A stretch of 64,000 nucleotides of DNA from Nitrososphaeraceae archaeon (GTDB lineage Archaea > Thermoproteota > Nitrososphaeria > Nitrososphaerales > Nitrososphaeraceae): positions 15,602 to 79,601 of the forward strand of contig DATFEP010000076.1 of assembly GCA_035250975.1 (NCBI GenBank), written 5' to 3'. Positions 9,733 to 18,961 of this stretch are shown here, piece by piece. The number at the start of each line of letters is the position of its first letter. Within the stretch, counting starts at the first letter, position 1. Under the pieces are notes generated by a model. That model saw only the letters and a list, made by a program, of their open reading frames with translations, had not been told where the DNA came from and made no database searches. Position numbers and translations under genes: made by a program.

Positions 9733-10000
9733 AATTTTTTTAATTTTTTAAGGTATTTAAATTAAATTGATCGAGTGATCTAGCTATATATTCCTAGAAA
9801 TTAATATCAACTAGAATTTATGATACTTCGGTTTTTTAAGGATTATAAAAATCAAGAGAATAGAATAATAATATGTTATCTAATATATGTTACTGTCAGC
9901 ATGAAATATTTAATATAATATTGTAAAATTTACAGAAAAATTAACAAGAACTAAAAATTATATAAATTTATCATATATGAATTTACCTATTTAAAATAAT

Positions 10001-10279
10001 TTAACAGCTTGGCGAAATTAGGAAACCATATCTAGAACACAAATCATTTAGATTGTTTGATATATCGTGAACTATAAGATCATATACTGATACTACAGCT
10101 AATGTACAAACAAACAGTACAATCAACGCTATCATTACCATTGTGGCATAGTTTTCGACTTTACTTTTTTCTACATACAATTGGGGATATTTACTATACA
10201 AATCTTCTATATAACCTTTATAGTACATTATTGAAAATGAGAATATTACAGACCTATTTATTAAGAACATTTTCTCCAC
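10001..10279 (-). CDS. Small single-TM membrane protein
   Basis: One strong TM segment (MVMIALIVLFVCTLAVVSVY) and two Cys in the tail. Same strand as the upstream cupredoxin. Start uncertain. Confidence 0.35.
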   Translation of the reverse strand: MEKMFLINRSVIFSFSIMYYKGYIEDLYSKYPQLYVEKSKVENYATMVMIALIVLFVCTLAVVSVYDLIVHDISNNLNDLCSRYGFLISPSC

Positions 10280-10385
10280 ACACGAATTATATAAAAATTA
10301 GCACCAAAGATAAATTATTTACATAAATTTAATGCCACACGCCAAAACGTAAAACTTATTATAAAAAATAATTTAGTTATAGTTG

Positions 10386-10817
10386 TTATGGCAATACAAC
10401 TAATTTCCCTGTCATAGTTGGTAGATGATATATACAGTAGTAGGTGAATATCCCTTCTTTATCCGCAACAAAATTAATTGTTGAATTTTGTCCTCCTTTC
10501 AGATCCTCATTGATACTATATGGAGCATCTAAAGTAAATGTATGTGCTTCATTTGTTTCAGTGTTATAGAATTTTATACTTACGTTGTCGCCTTTCTTTG
10601 CAACAATTGTCTGCAAGGTAAAAGCATCATGTGGGATCTTTAAAAATTCTTCTTCAACACCCTCTATCTCTGCTGGAAAGAGATAGTAAGGCATTGATGC
10701 TCCTATCGCTTTTGTTCCGGTTGTATTCTGTGCAAATATTGTATTCCCAAAAAACGAAGGGATAGAAATAGAAAGTATTGCTACACTCGTTATAAGAGAA
10801 AGCAGAATTACTTTTAT
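10386..10817 (-). CDS. Secreted cupredoxin (type-1 blue copper); probable ATA start at 10817
   Basis: H(TFT) plus YYCIYHLPTM type-1 Cu ligands. The frame is open upstream of the ATG at 10694 and encodes a signal peptide IKVILLSLITSVAILSISIPSFFGNTIFA|Q. In-frame stop at 10821-10823. Confidence 0.85.
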   Translation of the reverse strand: MKVILLSLITSVAILSISIPSFFGNTIFAQNTTGTKAIGASMPYYLFPAEIEGVEEEFLKIPHDAFTLQTIVAKKGDNVSIKFYNTETNEAHTFTLDAPYSINEDLKGGQNSTINFVADKEGIFTYYCIYHLPTMTGKLVVLP

Positions 10818-11042
10818 GTGTTATTTGTGTGAAAGTTATGGAAATATTTTAACTTTTATACGATCTTTACTTAAGACAGGTATTCTTTACGAAAAACTAA
10901 GAAAAAAGGATTTCATTAATAACTTCATTTTCTAAAGTTGGAATAAAATATATGATTATATATTAGGCTTACCTAACTATAGCGGCGTCTGGAAGACGTT
11001 GGCATTGTCTCTCCAAATAGATCAAACCAGTCATTAGACATG

Positions 11043-11085
11043 ATCTCAGATGTAGGTGGATAATTATATGATCTACATCTGAGAT
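11043..11085. repeat. Perfect 13-bp inverted repeat
   Basis: atctcagatgtag-N17-ctacatctgagat. Confidence 0.7.
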
Positions 11086-11283
11086 TTTCAAGTGTGATTT
11101 TTACCTTCTTTATTTCTCCATTTGGTCTTCATTTCTTATTCAAATGTCACTCATTTTAAATAGATAACCTGAATTATTTTCATTTTTCAACTAGCAGAGA
11201 CCATTACATATTCGTCAAGTGTATATATCGACATCATGGGATGGCATATCTTTTTATCAACGATATTAGATGTTTCCTAAAAA

Positions 11284-12198
11284 TCAACAACTATTGTCTT
11301 TTCTTGCACATATAGAATTCAATCCATTTAGATTTTTCAGAATTCTTTTTTCACAATCTGAATTTTGATTAAGAAATTCATCAGAGGTAGCACACCCAAA
11401 GAACATATCACCTGGTTGTATTGGTCCAGATTCCGTCTGTCTATCAAAGATAAGGGGTACTGAAATTTTCTGGTTTTCGCTGCCTTTGTTTAACTCATCC
11501 TGTACATTAATTGTTTTTATCTGATAGTCACCTTTGATCATTCCTACCACATACATGTCCTCAATATCTTTGGCATCGTATACAGGAACGTTTATAGTAA
11601 TTTTCGTTCTCTCTGGAATTTTGTCATTTACTGAATTTTGTCTTGTTTTATAAAATGCATTCGATTCACTGTATTTTTTCATTGTGGAAAAAAGTGTAAC
11701 TGTATCTGAATCAGTCGATAGTCCTATATTTCCTTCATCACAATCGTATATTGGAAGATTTGTTTTATCCATCTGGTTATTACCTAGCATATATGCACAT
11801 ACAAAATATTCATCGTCAACCATCACACTGGAAATGTAGTTAGTTTGATTAAACTTTAGATCAACGTTTAAATTTTTATTTGGTTGTTGTTGTCGTTGTA
11901 TTTCCTTTTGATTATCTTCCAAGTCAAGAAAGGAAATCTGTCCTTCGCCATTAAGATAACCAACTACCTTGATACGGTCATAGTTTTCGATGTTTGTTAT
12001 ATTGTTTAGGTCGAGTTTTGTTTTTATTGTTGTTAGTTTTGATGATATACTACTGTCTTTTTCTTCATTTTCATTATCAATATTTGATTCCGTGGGTGCG
12101 AAAGCATCTGCAGAAGAAAAAATCATTAAAGACATAGTCAAAAAGGAAATTATACATAATTTTCCACCTAGAGCATAATAATTTATTCTACATTTCAT
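11284..12198 (-). CDS. Secreted Cys-containing two-domain protein (paralog of 37131..38075)
   Basis: Signal peptide, internal domain repeat with Cys pairs, and long near-identical DNA stretches shared with the 37-kb copy. Confidence 0.75.
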   Translation of the reverse strand: MKCRINYYALGGKLCIISFLTMSLMIFSSADAFAPTESNIDNENEEKDSSISSKLTTIKTKLDLNNITNIENYDRIKVVGYLNGEGQISFLDLEDNQKEIQRQQQPNKNLNVDLKFNQTNYISSVMVDDEYFVCAYMLGNNQMDKTNLPIYDCDEGNIGLSTDSDTVTLFSTMKKYSESNAFYKTRQNSVNDKIPERTKITINVPVYDAKDIEDMYVVGMIKGDYQIKTINVQDELNKGSENQKISVPLIFDRQTESGPIQPGDMFFGCATSDEFLNQNSDCEKRILKNLNGLNSICARKDNSC

Positions 12199-12561
12199 AG
12201 GTTCACGACTATTTATTGTAATTTAAATTTTGGCGTAATTATGAATATAGAGAAAGTGTAGATGGTATAAATGTAATAGCTCTGTATAACCAAGGAAAAC
12301 AAACAATAGATTTCAAATTAGGCAATTCACTGGCTGTTTCTGCACTGCTCAAATCTTAGTGGATTCCCCAATTGAAAACCTTTTTTTATTTTGGGGGTTT
12401 ACAACTATTTACTCGTCTAATGGGTAAAATGTAGAACTAATAACAATTATAGAACTTTGTAAAATCAAAAATCATCTAATTGTCTAACTACTATATACGG
12501 ATCCATTTGAGATCCAAATGCAATAATAAAAAGTCTTCAATTATTGTGAATTTAGTTTTCA

Positions 12562-13068
12562 TTATGCTAATTTATCAAATATACGTAAGATACTATCAAA
12601 GAAATTGTCGCTATTGCCGCTTCTAACTTTCAGGTCAAAATTTGCAATTATCGGTATTACTTCATAATTCCTGTCGCCGTTTATCTTGGTTAACAAGGAT
12701 ACAATATAGTCTCCATTATCTGGAAATGAAAATGGAAGACTAATGTCTCCTGTTGTGTAAAATTTAAAAGGAGTTTGAAATACAATCGAACTATTTTTCT
12801 TGTTTGAAATAATAACAGAAGAATAAATATTTTTAAGATCGCCATTTTCATCTACAATATTCAAATTTAGTAATGTAGTATTGTCACCTTTAGTGGGTTC
12901 TTTTGGATAGGATAAAAAAAGTACTTTATACTTGTCCATTTTTTTTATAACAACGTTTGGAGCATTTTCAGGTATATGAGCCTCAATTGGAGAAAAATTG
13001 ACATTGATAAATAATAAAAATAATATTTGTAGTGATGAAATTAAGATCATATTTCTGTACATAGCCAA
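12562..13068 (-). CDS. Secreted Ig/YtkA-like protein with predicted mature N-terminal His
   Basis: Signal peptide ending IEA|HIP. Beta-sandwich pattern 'FSFPDNGDYIVSL'. Confidence 0.65.
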   Translation of the reverse strand: MAMYRNMILISSLQILFLLFINVNFSPIEAHIPENAPNVVIKKMDKYKVLFLSYPKEPTKGDNTTLLNLNIVDENGDLKNIYSSVIISNKKNSSIVFQTPFKFYTTGDISLPFSFPDNGDYIVSLLTKINGDRNYEVIPIIANFDLKVRSGNSDNFFDSILRIFDKLA

Positions 13069-13104
13069 TAGACGTTAACTATTTTGACATCATTAAAGTT
13101 TGTG

Positions 13105-13123
13105 GAATATTCGTCGAATATCT
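13105..13123. promoter_or_regulatory. Palindromic operator copy 3 (GAATATTC-GTC-GAATATCT)
   Basis: Same ATTC-RTC-GAAT core as copies 1 and 2. On the - strand it is followed 7 nt later by TTTAAT, directly upstream of 12562..13068. Confidence 0.5.
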
Positions 13124-13564
13124 GTAATTATCTATTAGTATTTTGTTCTCTTTATTCTTTATATTTTATTTCTAAGTTATTTATTTTTAAGAATCTTTCT
13201 GAATTCTAATAGCCTGATTTGCTCTTTTGAATCAATTTTATTCTATCGAGCATTAGCGCATTCATAAGGATATTCTTTTATGTTTATTATTTACGATTTA
13301 TGATTCATTATTTTGTGCAAATCAATTTCCAGGGTTCGACTCAGCCAATATTAAATCATTAGTTTTATCCTCCTATATAAAAATAGATTAGATGTATGGC
13401 TTATTTAATCATGCAAAAAATTTTTAAAAATTGCACATTAGTTTTTACTATACAACATATTCAATCGCATTGATTTTTACATTCTTGCATATTATGCAAT
13501 AGACCTAACCTTTTGAAATATCTTATATAAAGAAATAATTATCTCTATGGAAATTTACTAATAA

Positions 13565-14527
13565 TTGAGTTCAATAAATAATCTTTCTTCAACCGAATTA
13601 GAGGATTTATCACTCAAATATGATTATCCAAGTTGGTTGGTATCTAGATATTCAAAATATGTTCCTAACTTACAACTATTTCTCGAATGCATGACTAGAG
13701 ATGAACCACGTAGGTACATACGTACGAACTCTATTAAAATATCTCCAGATAATCTCAGGGAAAGACTCTCATCAAAAGGATTCATTTTGGAAACAACCGA
13801 TCTAGCAGAAGTTTTCTTAATAAAGAATAATCCATATCCAATTGGAGCTACAACGGAATACCTGTTAGGATATTATTACATTCAGGATCTGAGTTCTTGT
13901 TTTACAGTGGATGCGCTAGATCTATCCAACAATCTGTTGGTTCTAGATATGGCTTCATCTCCAGGAGGAAAGACCACATTTATTGCACAGAGAATGAATA
14001 ATACTGGTTGTATTCTTGCTGTAGAACCAAATCCGGATAGATTAAAAAGATTGTTTTATAATATAGAACGTTGTGGGGTAGCCAATACATCTATTTGGAA
14101 TATAGACGGAAAAAATATTTTAGATTACGGTTTGAAATTTGATCGAGTTTTACTTGATGCCCCCTGTAGTTGCGATGGCATTATTCAAAAGGAAAAGAGT
14201 AGAAAAACAACCTATTCCAAGGAAAGTATTACTCATTGTAGTCTAAAACAAAACAAGCTATTAGAAGTTGCTGTGGAAGTTACTAAGCCTGGAGGTTTAG
14301 TGGTATATTCTACATGTTCTCTTGCACCAGAAGAAAATGAATTCATAGTAAATTCTGTCTTGATCAAATATGATATTCGCCTAGAAGATATTTCATTTGG
14401 AGTGGATGGACTTACGCAGTTTGAGACTATCAACCTTGATAGTTCCCTTAACCTGACAAAGAGATTTTACCCACACATACATAACACTAGTGGTTTTTTT
14501 ATAGCTAAATTACGACGGATTTCATGA
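13565..14527 (+). CDS. RsmB/NOP2/NSUN family RNA m5C methyltransferase
   Basis: YYIQD, LDMASSPGGKT, FDRVLLDAPCS, YSTCS..PEENE and GFFIAKL motifs. Confidence 0.95.
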   Translation: MSSINNLSSTELEDLSLKYDYPSWLVSRYSKYVPNLQLFLECMTRDEPRRYIRTNSIKISPDNLRERLSSKGFILETTDLAEVFLIKNNPYPIGATTEYLLGYYYIQDLSSCFTVDALDLSNNLLVLDMASSPGGKTTFIAQRMNNTGCILAVEPNPDRLKRLFYNIERCGVANTSIWNIDGKNILDYGLKFDRVLLDAPCSCDGIIQKEKSRKTTYSKESITHCSLKQNKLLEVAVEVTKPGGLVVYSTCSLAPEENEFIVNSVLIKYDIRLEDISFGVDGLTQFETINLDSSLNLTKRFYPHIHNTSGFFIAKLRRIS

Positions 14528-14566
14528 AAATGACAAGACTTTCAGATAGATTGGTGAAATAAAAGT

Positions 14567-15142
14567 ATGTTTCGTGATCTTACCAGAGAGGAACTAACTC
14601 TATTTAAGAGAGAATCCAATAAATGGGGTCTATATCCTTTTTTTAAAAACAAATTAATTGTAATAAAGGAAGAAAATCTCGGTGGCAATAGAGAGAATAA
14701 TAAATTATTATTTTTAATAACAGAGAATTTAAAAAAGTTCATTTTTTATCCATCAATATATGCATCAGGTATGTTTTTGGGATCTTTGAATAATAAGAAA
14801 TTTTACCTTTCACTTTCATTTCTATTTCTTGTAAGTAAGTTTGGAAACAATTATCCATTCGTTGTAGTAAGCGATGAGGCTGAAAAACTGGTTCTTTATG
14901 GCCGTGATATTCTGGGAGGTTCTATCATTGAATTTTCTCCCGATCTTAAAGAAAATTTACTAGTTATCATTTTTAACAAAAACAAAGAACCACTAGGTAT
15001 CGGACGTAGTCGGTTTTCTAATTCACTAATTCAACAAAAAGGAAGAATTACAGTTAGCACCTTGATGGATTTGGGAGCGTATTTACGTGAGGAAAATAAT
15101 AAATATCAATATGGTCTAGACACAAGTTTATTTCTAGATTGA
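14567..15142 (+). CDS. NIP7-like PUA-domain ribosome biogenesis protein
   Basis: 'AEKLVLYGRDI...EPLGIG...DLGAYLREE' NIP7/PUA signature, adjacent to the NOP2 homologue. Confidence 0.85.
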   Translation: MFRDLTREELTLFKRESNKWGLYPFFKNKLIVIKEENLGGNRENNKLLFLITENLKKFIFYPSIYASGMFLGSLNNKKFYLSLSFLFLVSKFGNNYPFVVVSDEAEKLVLYGRDILGGSIIEFSPDLKENLLVIIFNKNKEPLGIGRSRFSNSLIQQKGRITVSTLMDLGAYLREENNKYQYGLDTSLFLD

Positions 15143-15347
15143 ATTAGTATCTTTTTTTAACGTGTAATAATTAATAACGAAATTTATTAAAACTCATATT
15201 TGATTCTACATTTTGACTATTCTATTGTATTATTAAAAATTTCTAGTTGATTTAATAACTAAAATTTTTGGTAAGTCTAGCTAGCATTGAAAGTATAGAA
15301 AAGTCCTAAAAAACTACGATATATTTAATTTGTAAAGTTAAAAACAT

Positions 15348-17120
15348 ATGGAGCAATCTGATGCTGGCATTAATAATGGTAAAGTCTCTCGCAAAGATTT
15401 TATCAAGTTAATTGGTGCTGGCGCTCTTTCTTTGGGTGTAGCTAATTTCATTGGTATTGATAAACTGATATCCAATAGTGCTTTTGCAACACAAAAAGAG
15501 CAAAATCGTTACAGTGAGAATAAAATTTATGATAACACCATAGTATCTGACAAAAGGGTAAAGAAAGCATTCGATATCCGCGTTGATGCAGCTAAATTTG
15601 AAAGGGATTTGCCAATTCCAGAGCATCCAGATAACGGTGACGATAATCGTTATGAAAATAGGATTGCAAGTTTTTCCAAGGTACTACCACATAATAGATT
15701 GGGAGAAGTCTACCCGAGAGCCTATTCTAAACTCTTATTTGCATTGAAGTCTGGAGATCCAACGTTATTTGAACTGATACCTATGGGTGGATATTTTCTG
15801 GCTGGAACACAGTCAAAATATCCTCGCCATCCTCATAACTATTCTTTTGAATTAATTTATGAAAGAGAGAGCAATTATCTTAAACTAGTTAACCCACTAG
15901 CAGCATTTTCATTTGAAATAATCGGTCCTGATTCTCATCATCTCTTTATAAGACCCTCCCCAACTTTTGACAGTGCTGAGGAAGCAGGTGAGATGGCGGA
16001 AATATATTGGCAGGCTGTTGTAAGAGATATTGCATTCACAGAGTATAATAATCATTCTTTGATAAGGGATGCTTGTAATGATCTTTCTAATTTTAACTTT
16101 GATGGTCCGAAAATATATGGCAAAGTTTTACCTGAAACTATCTTTAGAGGTAAGACTAGTGGCGATCTATCTGGTCCATATGTTTCACAATTCTTGTTAA
16201 AAGATGTTCCGCATGGATCACTTGCTATGAAACAGAAGTATAATGCTAGTTTGCCTGAGACAGACTATCTGATCTCATATCATACGTGGCTTTCTTCACA
16301 AAATGGTATTGTGACAGAGATGGAACATATAGATACTAATACACCTCGATACATAAGAAATGGAAGGGATCTGGCTGAATGTGTCCACAAAGATTATCCA
16401 TGTCAGGGCTTTTTGAATGCATGTCTGATACTGTTGGGATCTGGTGTAAAATTTGATTCCGGAAATCCATATCTTTCATCAATAACACAATCTGGATTTC
16501 CGACTTTTGGTGGTCCGCATGTTTTGTTTCTATTATCTTCTGTTGCAAATTTAGCTTTAAAGGCGGCTTGGTTTCAAAAATGGCTTGTCCATAGAAGATT
16601 GAGGCCGGAGGCCTTTGGCGGATGTATCCATAATAACCTAATGGCAAATAAAAACTATCCAGTTCACAAAGATATCATAGAATCTCAAGTACTTTCAATC
16701 ATTTACTCAAGAAACAAAAGTTATTTGTTACCAATATCGTACCCAGAAGGTTGTCCAGCTCATCCTGCATATCCAAGCGGACATGCAACATGGGCAGGTG
16801 CATGCGCAACTGTAGTAAAGGCATTTTTTGACGAGGAGGCTATCATAGAAGACCCGGTTGTACCAACCTATGATGGTTTGGACCTCCTTCCATATAAAGG
16901 ACCGGATGTGCTGACCGTAGGAGGGGAATTAAATAAATTGGCATCAAATATTGGAATAGGACGTGATTTTGCCGGTATTCATTGGAGGTCCGATATCATT
17001 GAGGGTATGAAGTTAGGCGAAGAATTAGCTATTCGTTTCCTCGTTGAACAGAAGGAGATTTTTTATGAAAAATTTGATTTTTCAATTACAAAGTTTGATG
17101 GAACGTCTGTCACCATATAA
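15348..17120 (+). CDS. Vanadium-dependent haloperoxidase (bromoperoxidase-type), Tat-exported
   Basis: Vanadate-site motifs KWLVHRRLRPE, PAHPAYPSGH and GRDFAGIHWRSD, plus GELNKLASNI. N-terminal SRKDFIK, h-region and AFA. Confidence 0.92.
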   Translation: MEQSDAGINNGKVSRKDFIKLIGAGALSLGVANFIGIDKLISNSAFATQKEQNRYSENKIYDNTIVSDKRVKKAFDIRVDAAKFERDLPIPEHPDNGDDNRYENRIASFSKVLPHNRLGEVYPRAYSKLLFALKSGDPTLFELIPMGGYFLAGTQSKYPRHPHNYSFELIYERESNYLKLVNPLAAFSFEIIGPDSHHLFIRPSPTFDSAEEAGEMAEIYWQAVVRDIAFTEYNNHSLIRDACNDLSNFNFDGPKIYGKVLPETIFRGKTSGDLSGPYVSQFLLKDVPHGSLAMKQKYNASLPETDYLISYHTWLSSQNGIVTEMEHIDTNTPRYIRNGRDLAECVHKDYPCQGFLNACLILLGSGVKFDSGNPYLSSITQSGFPTFGGPHVLFLLSSVANLALKAAWFQKWLVHRRLRPEAFGGCIHNNLMANKNYPVHKDIIESQVLSIIYSRNKSYLLPISYPEGCPAHPAYPSGHATWAGACATVVKAFFDEEAIIEDPVVPTYDGLDLLPYKGPDVLTVGGELNKLASNIGIGRDFAGIHWRSDIIEGMKLGEELAIRFLVEQKEIFYEKFDFSITKFDGTSVTI

Positions 17121-17135
17121 TTTTTTTCTTTTTTA
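17121..17135 (+). terminator. Oligo-T terminator
   Basis: tttttttctttttt immediately after the stop codon. Confidence 0.5.
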
Positions 17136-17693
17136 CCGTATACATTGTATACGTTGATAATTATATTATTGTTTTATGATGTTCTAACGACTCGAGTACT
17201 TTTATCCAATTTTTACATATTCACGGTTGTTTTTGATTTGACCTAAATTTAAACACAAATTAAAGTGAAGGCCACTTGCTGTCGATATTTTTTCATTCAA
17301 TTGTATTGAGGAACTCACTCTTGTAATTTGCATAGAATATCAAACAAAAGATAAAGGTTATATCTGGCTGTATAAGGCATAGCAACCCACATATTTATCA
17401 GAATGTAATGGATGAGCCATTTATTTTGAAGAGAATAAAATATTAAATCTTTATCTTCATAGGTTGATCGAAAAATACAAAGGATCTACCTACGAGAAAT
17501 ATGGAAAAAATTCCTGACTTATTTCATAATGCTGTCTATGAAAAAAATGAAATCCATCCAGGACAGGTGAACTGATCCTCTACTCAATTAAAAAAGGAGA
17601 ATAAAACAGAGGTCAAATCTCCTGTAATCGTTACCAATCCTGCTATTCAGAAACGTTTTATATAATAATTTATTATAGTATCAATAATAGAGT

Positions 17694-18539
17694 ATGATTA
17701 TTTCAACTCATTTGGGAATAAATGAGTTAAATAAATTAAAAGAAATAATAATTACCAAAAAATTAAAGGAAACCAATCCTACTAGTGATTATGAATTATT
17801 ACGTATTAGGGATGATAATATCAATTTAATTTGCTATAAATCTGGCAAAATAGTATACCAGAATAATCCAGAAACGATGGAGATAATACGACACATATTG
17901 GCTACAGATTCAGGATATGATTATGAATTGGGGTCCGATGAGGCAGGAAAGGGAGAATCTTTTGGACCACTGGTAACAGTTTGTGTTGCTTTAAAGCCGG
18001 AACAGATAACTGAATTAAGGACAATAGGAGTGAAGGACAGCAAACAACTTTCACCAAGAGAAATTGTTAGAATCGCTGAAGAAATAAAAAAAAGGAGAAT
18101 TGTATATAGAAAAATAATACTTCAACCAGAAGTATATAATAGCAAAATTAAAGAGTTGAAAAGAGAAAATAAGAATCTAAATGAACTGCTGGCTTGGACT
18201 CATGCTAGGGTAATTCAAAATACACTTGACACATTAAATTATAACTCAGTTAAGGTGGTTATCGATAAATTTGATGTTGAAAAGACTTGTAAAAGATTAT
18301 CAAAACTAGACAAAAATAAAATAAAAATTATACAAAAATCAAGAGGTGAATCTGAAATACCTGTTGCTGTTGCCAGTATTTTAGCCAAAAGTTTTTTTGA
18401 ACAAGAAGTTACCTTAATGTGCACACGATATGGCATTAATTTTAGAAAAATTAATCCTGTTGAAATACCGAAAGTAATAATTGACAAAGTTTACAAAACT
18501 CATTTTAAGAACATTTCAAAGTTATTGGAAGACAAATAA
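17694..18539 (+). CDS. rnhC: Ribonuclease HIII-type (type 2 RNase H with N-terminal TBP-like domain)
   Basis: GSDEAGKGESFGPL, GVKDSKQL, VVIDKF and VAVASILA. N-terminal 'INLICYKSGKIVYQ' and NLNELLAWTH are typical of HIII rather than HII. Confidence 0.8.
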   Translation: MIISTHLGINELNKLKEIIITKKLKETNPTSDYELLRIRDDNINLICYKSGKIVYQNNPETMEIIRHILATDSGYDYELGSDEAGKGESFGPLVTVCVALKPEQITELRTIGVKDSKQLSPREIVRIAEEIKKRRIVYRKIILQPEVYNSKIKELKRENKNLNELLAWTHARVIQNTLDTLNYNSVKVVIDKFDVEKTCKRLSKLDKNKIKIIQKSRGESEIPVAVASILAKSFFEQEVTLMCTRYGINFRKINPVEIPKVIIDKVYKTHFKNISKLLEDK

Positions 18540-18633
18540 ATGCAAGTTCAAATTCTAAATTTTTAGTTTCCAATTTACCTGAATATGTCTTTGCTTAAAA
18601 TTGAAATATAAATGACAGATAATTAATTGATGA

Positions 18634-18783
18634 CTATCTCAAACCTGATTTGAGAAATTGCATTATAAGGGTAAGACAAAAATACATTTGACAATTTTGT
18701 CAAGATATGGTCGACTTAGTCACATTTTGAGCCGAGTATGCAAATCTCTGACAGACATATTTTGGTATCTTTTCTTGATACAT
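18634..18783 (-). pseudogene. Decayed small Zn-finger gene
   Basis: MYQEKIPKYVCQRFAYSAQNVTKSTIS*QNCQMYFCLT...: an in-frame TGA at 18700-18702 and a Phe occupy expected CxxC Cys positions. Confidence 0.3.
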
Positions 18784-18853
18784 TCATAGGTGCGCGATTC
18801 TAAATTGTTACATAAGACGCAGAGAATTAATATTGTTTAATCCTTGACTTTTT

Positions 18854-18949
18854 TTATCTACAGATGGTACGTGGACTTTGGTCTTCATTCTATTTATTTC
18901 AATAGTCAGTTCGCCCATCGAATGCCACGTACCTGTTATCTATAGATAA
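18854..18949. repeat. Imperfect long inverted repeat or structured element
   Basis: ttatctacagat-ggtacgtgg ... ccacgtacc-tgtt-atctatagataa enclosing about 50 nt. Confidence 0.5.
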
Positions 18950-18961
18950 TAATTTTCTAAA

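Noticed and set aside
17400-17640. Coding-like purine-rich stretch between the haloperoxidase and RNase H
   Set aside because: Broken by stops in all frames examined, with no identifiable transposase or other motif.
18700-18702. In-frame TGA at a CxxC position, suggesting selenocysteine
   Set aside because: Another Cys position is also mutated (to Phe), no SECIS-like element was recognised downstream, and Sec machinery is not known in this lineage. Pseudogene decay is the simpler explanation.
18863-18933. Three-stem structure as a hammerhead ribozyme
   Set aside because: The CUGANGA and GAAA core is not present in the required arrangement on either strand.
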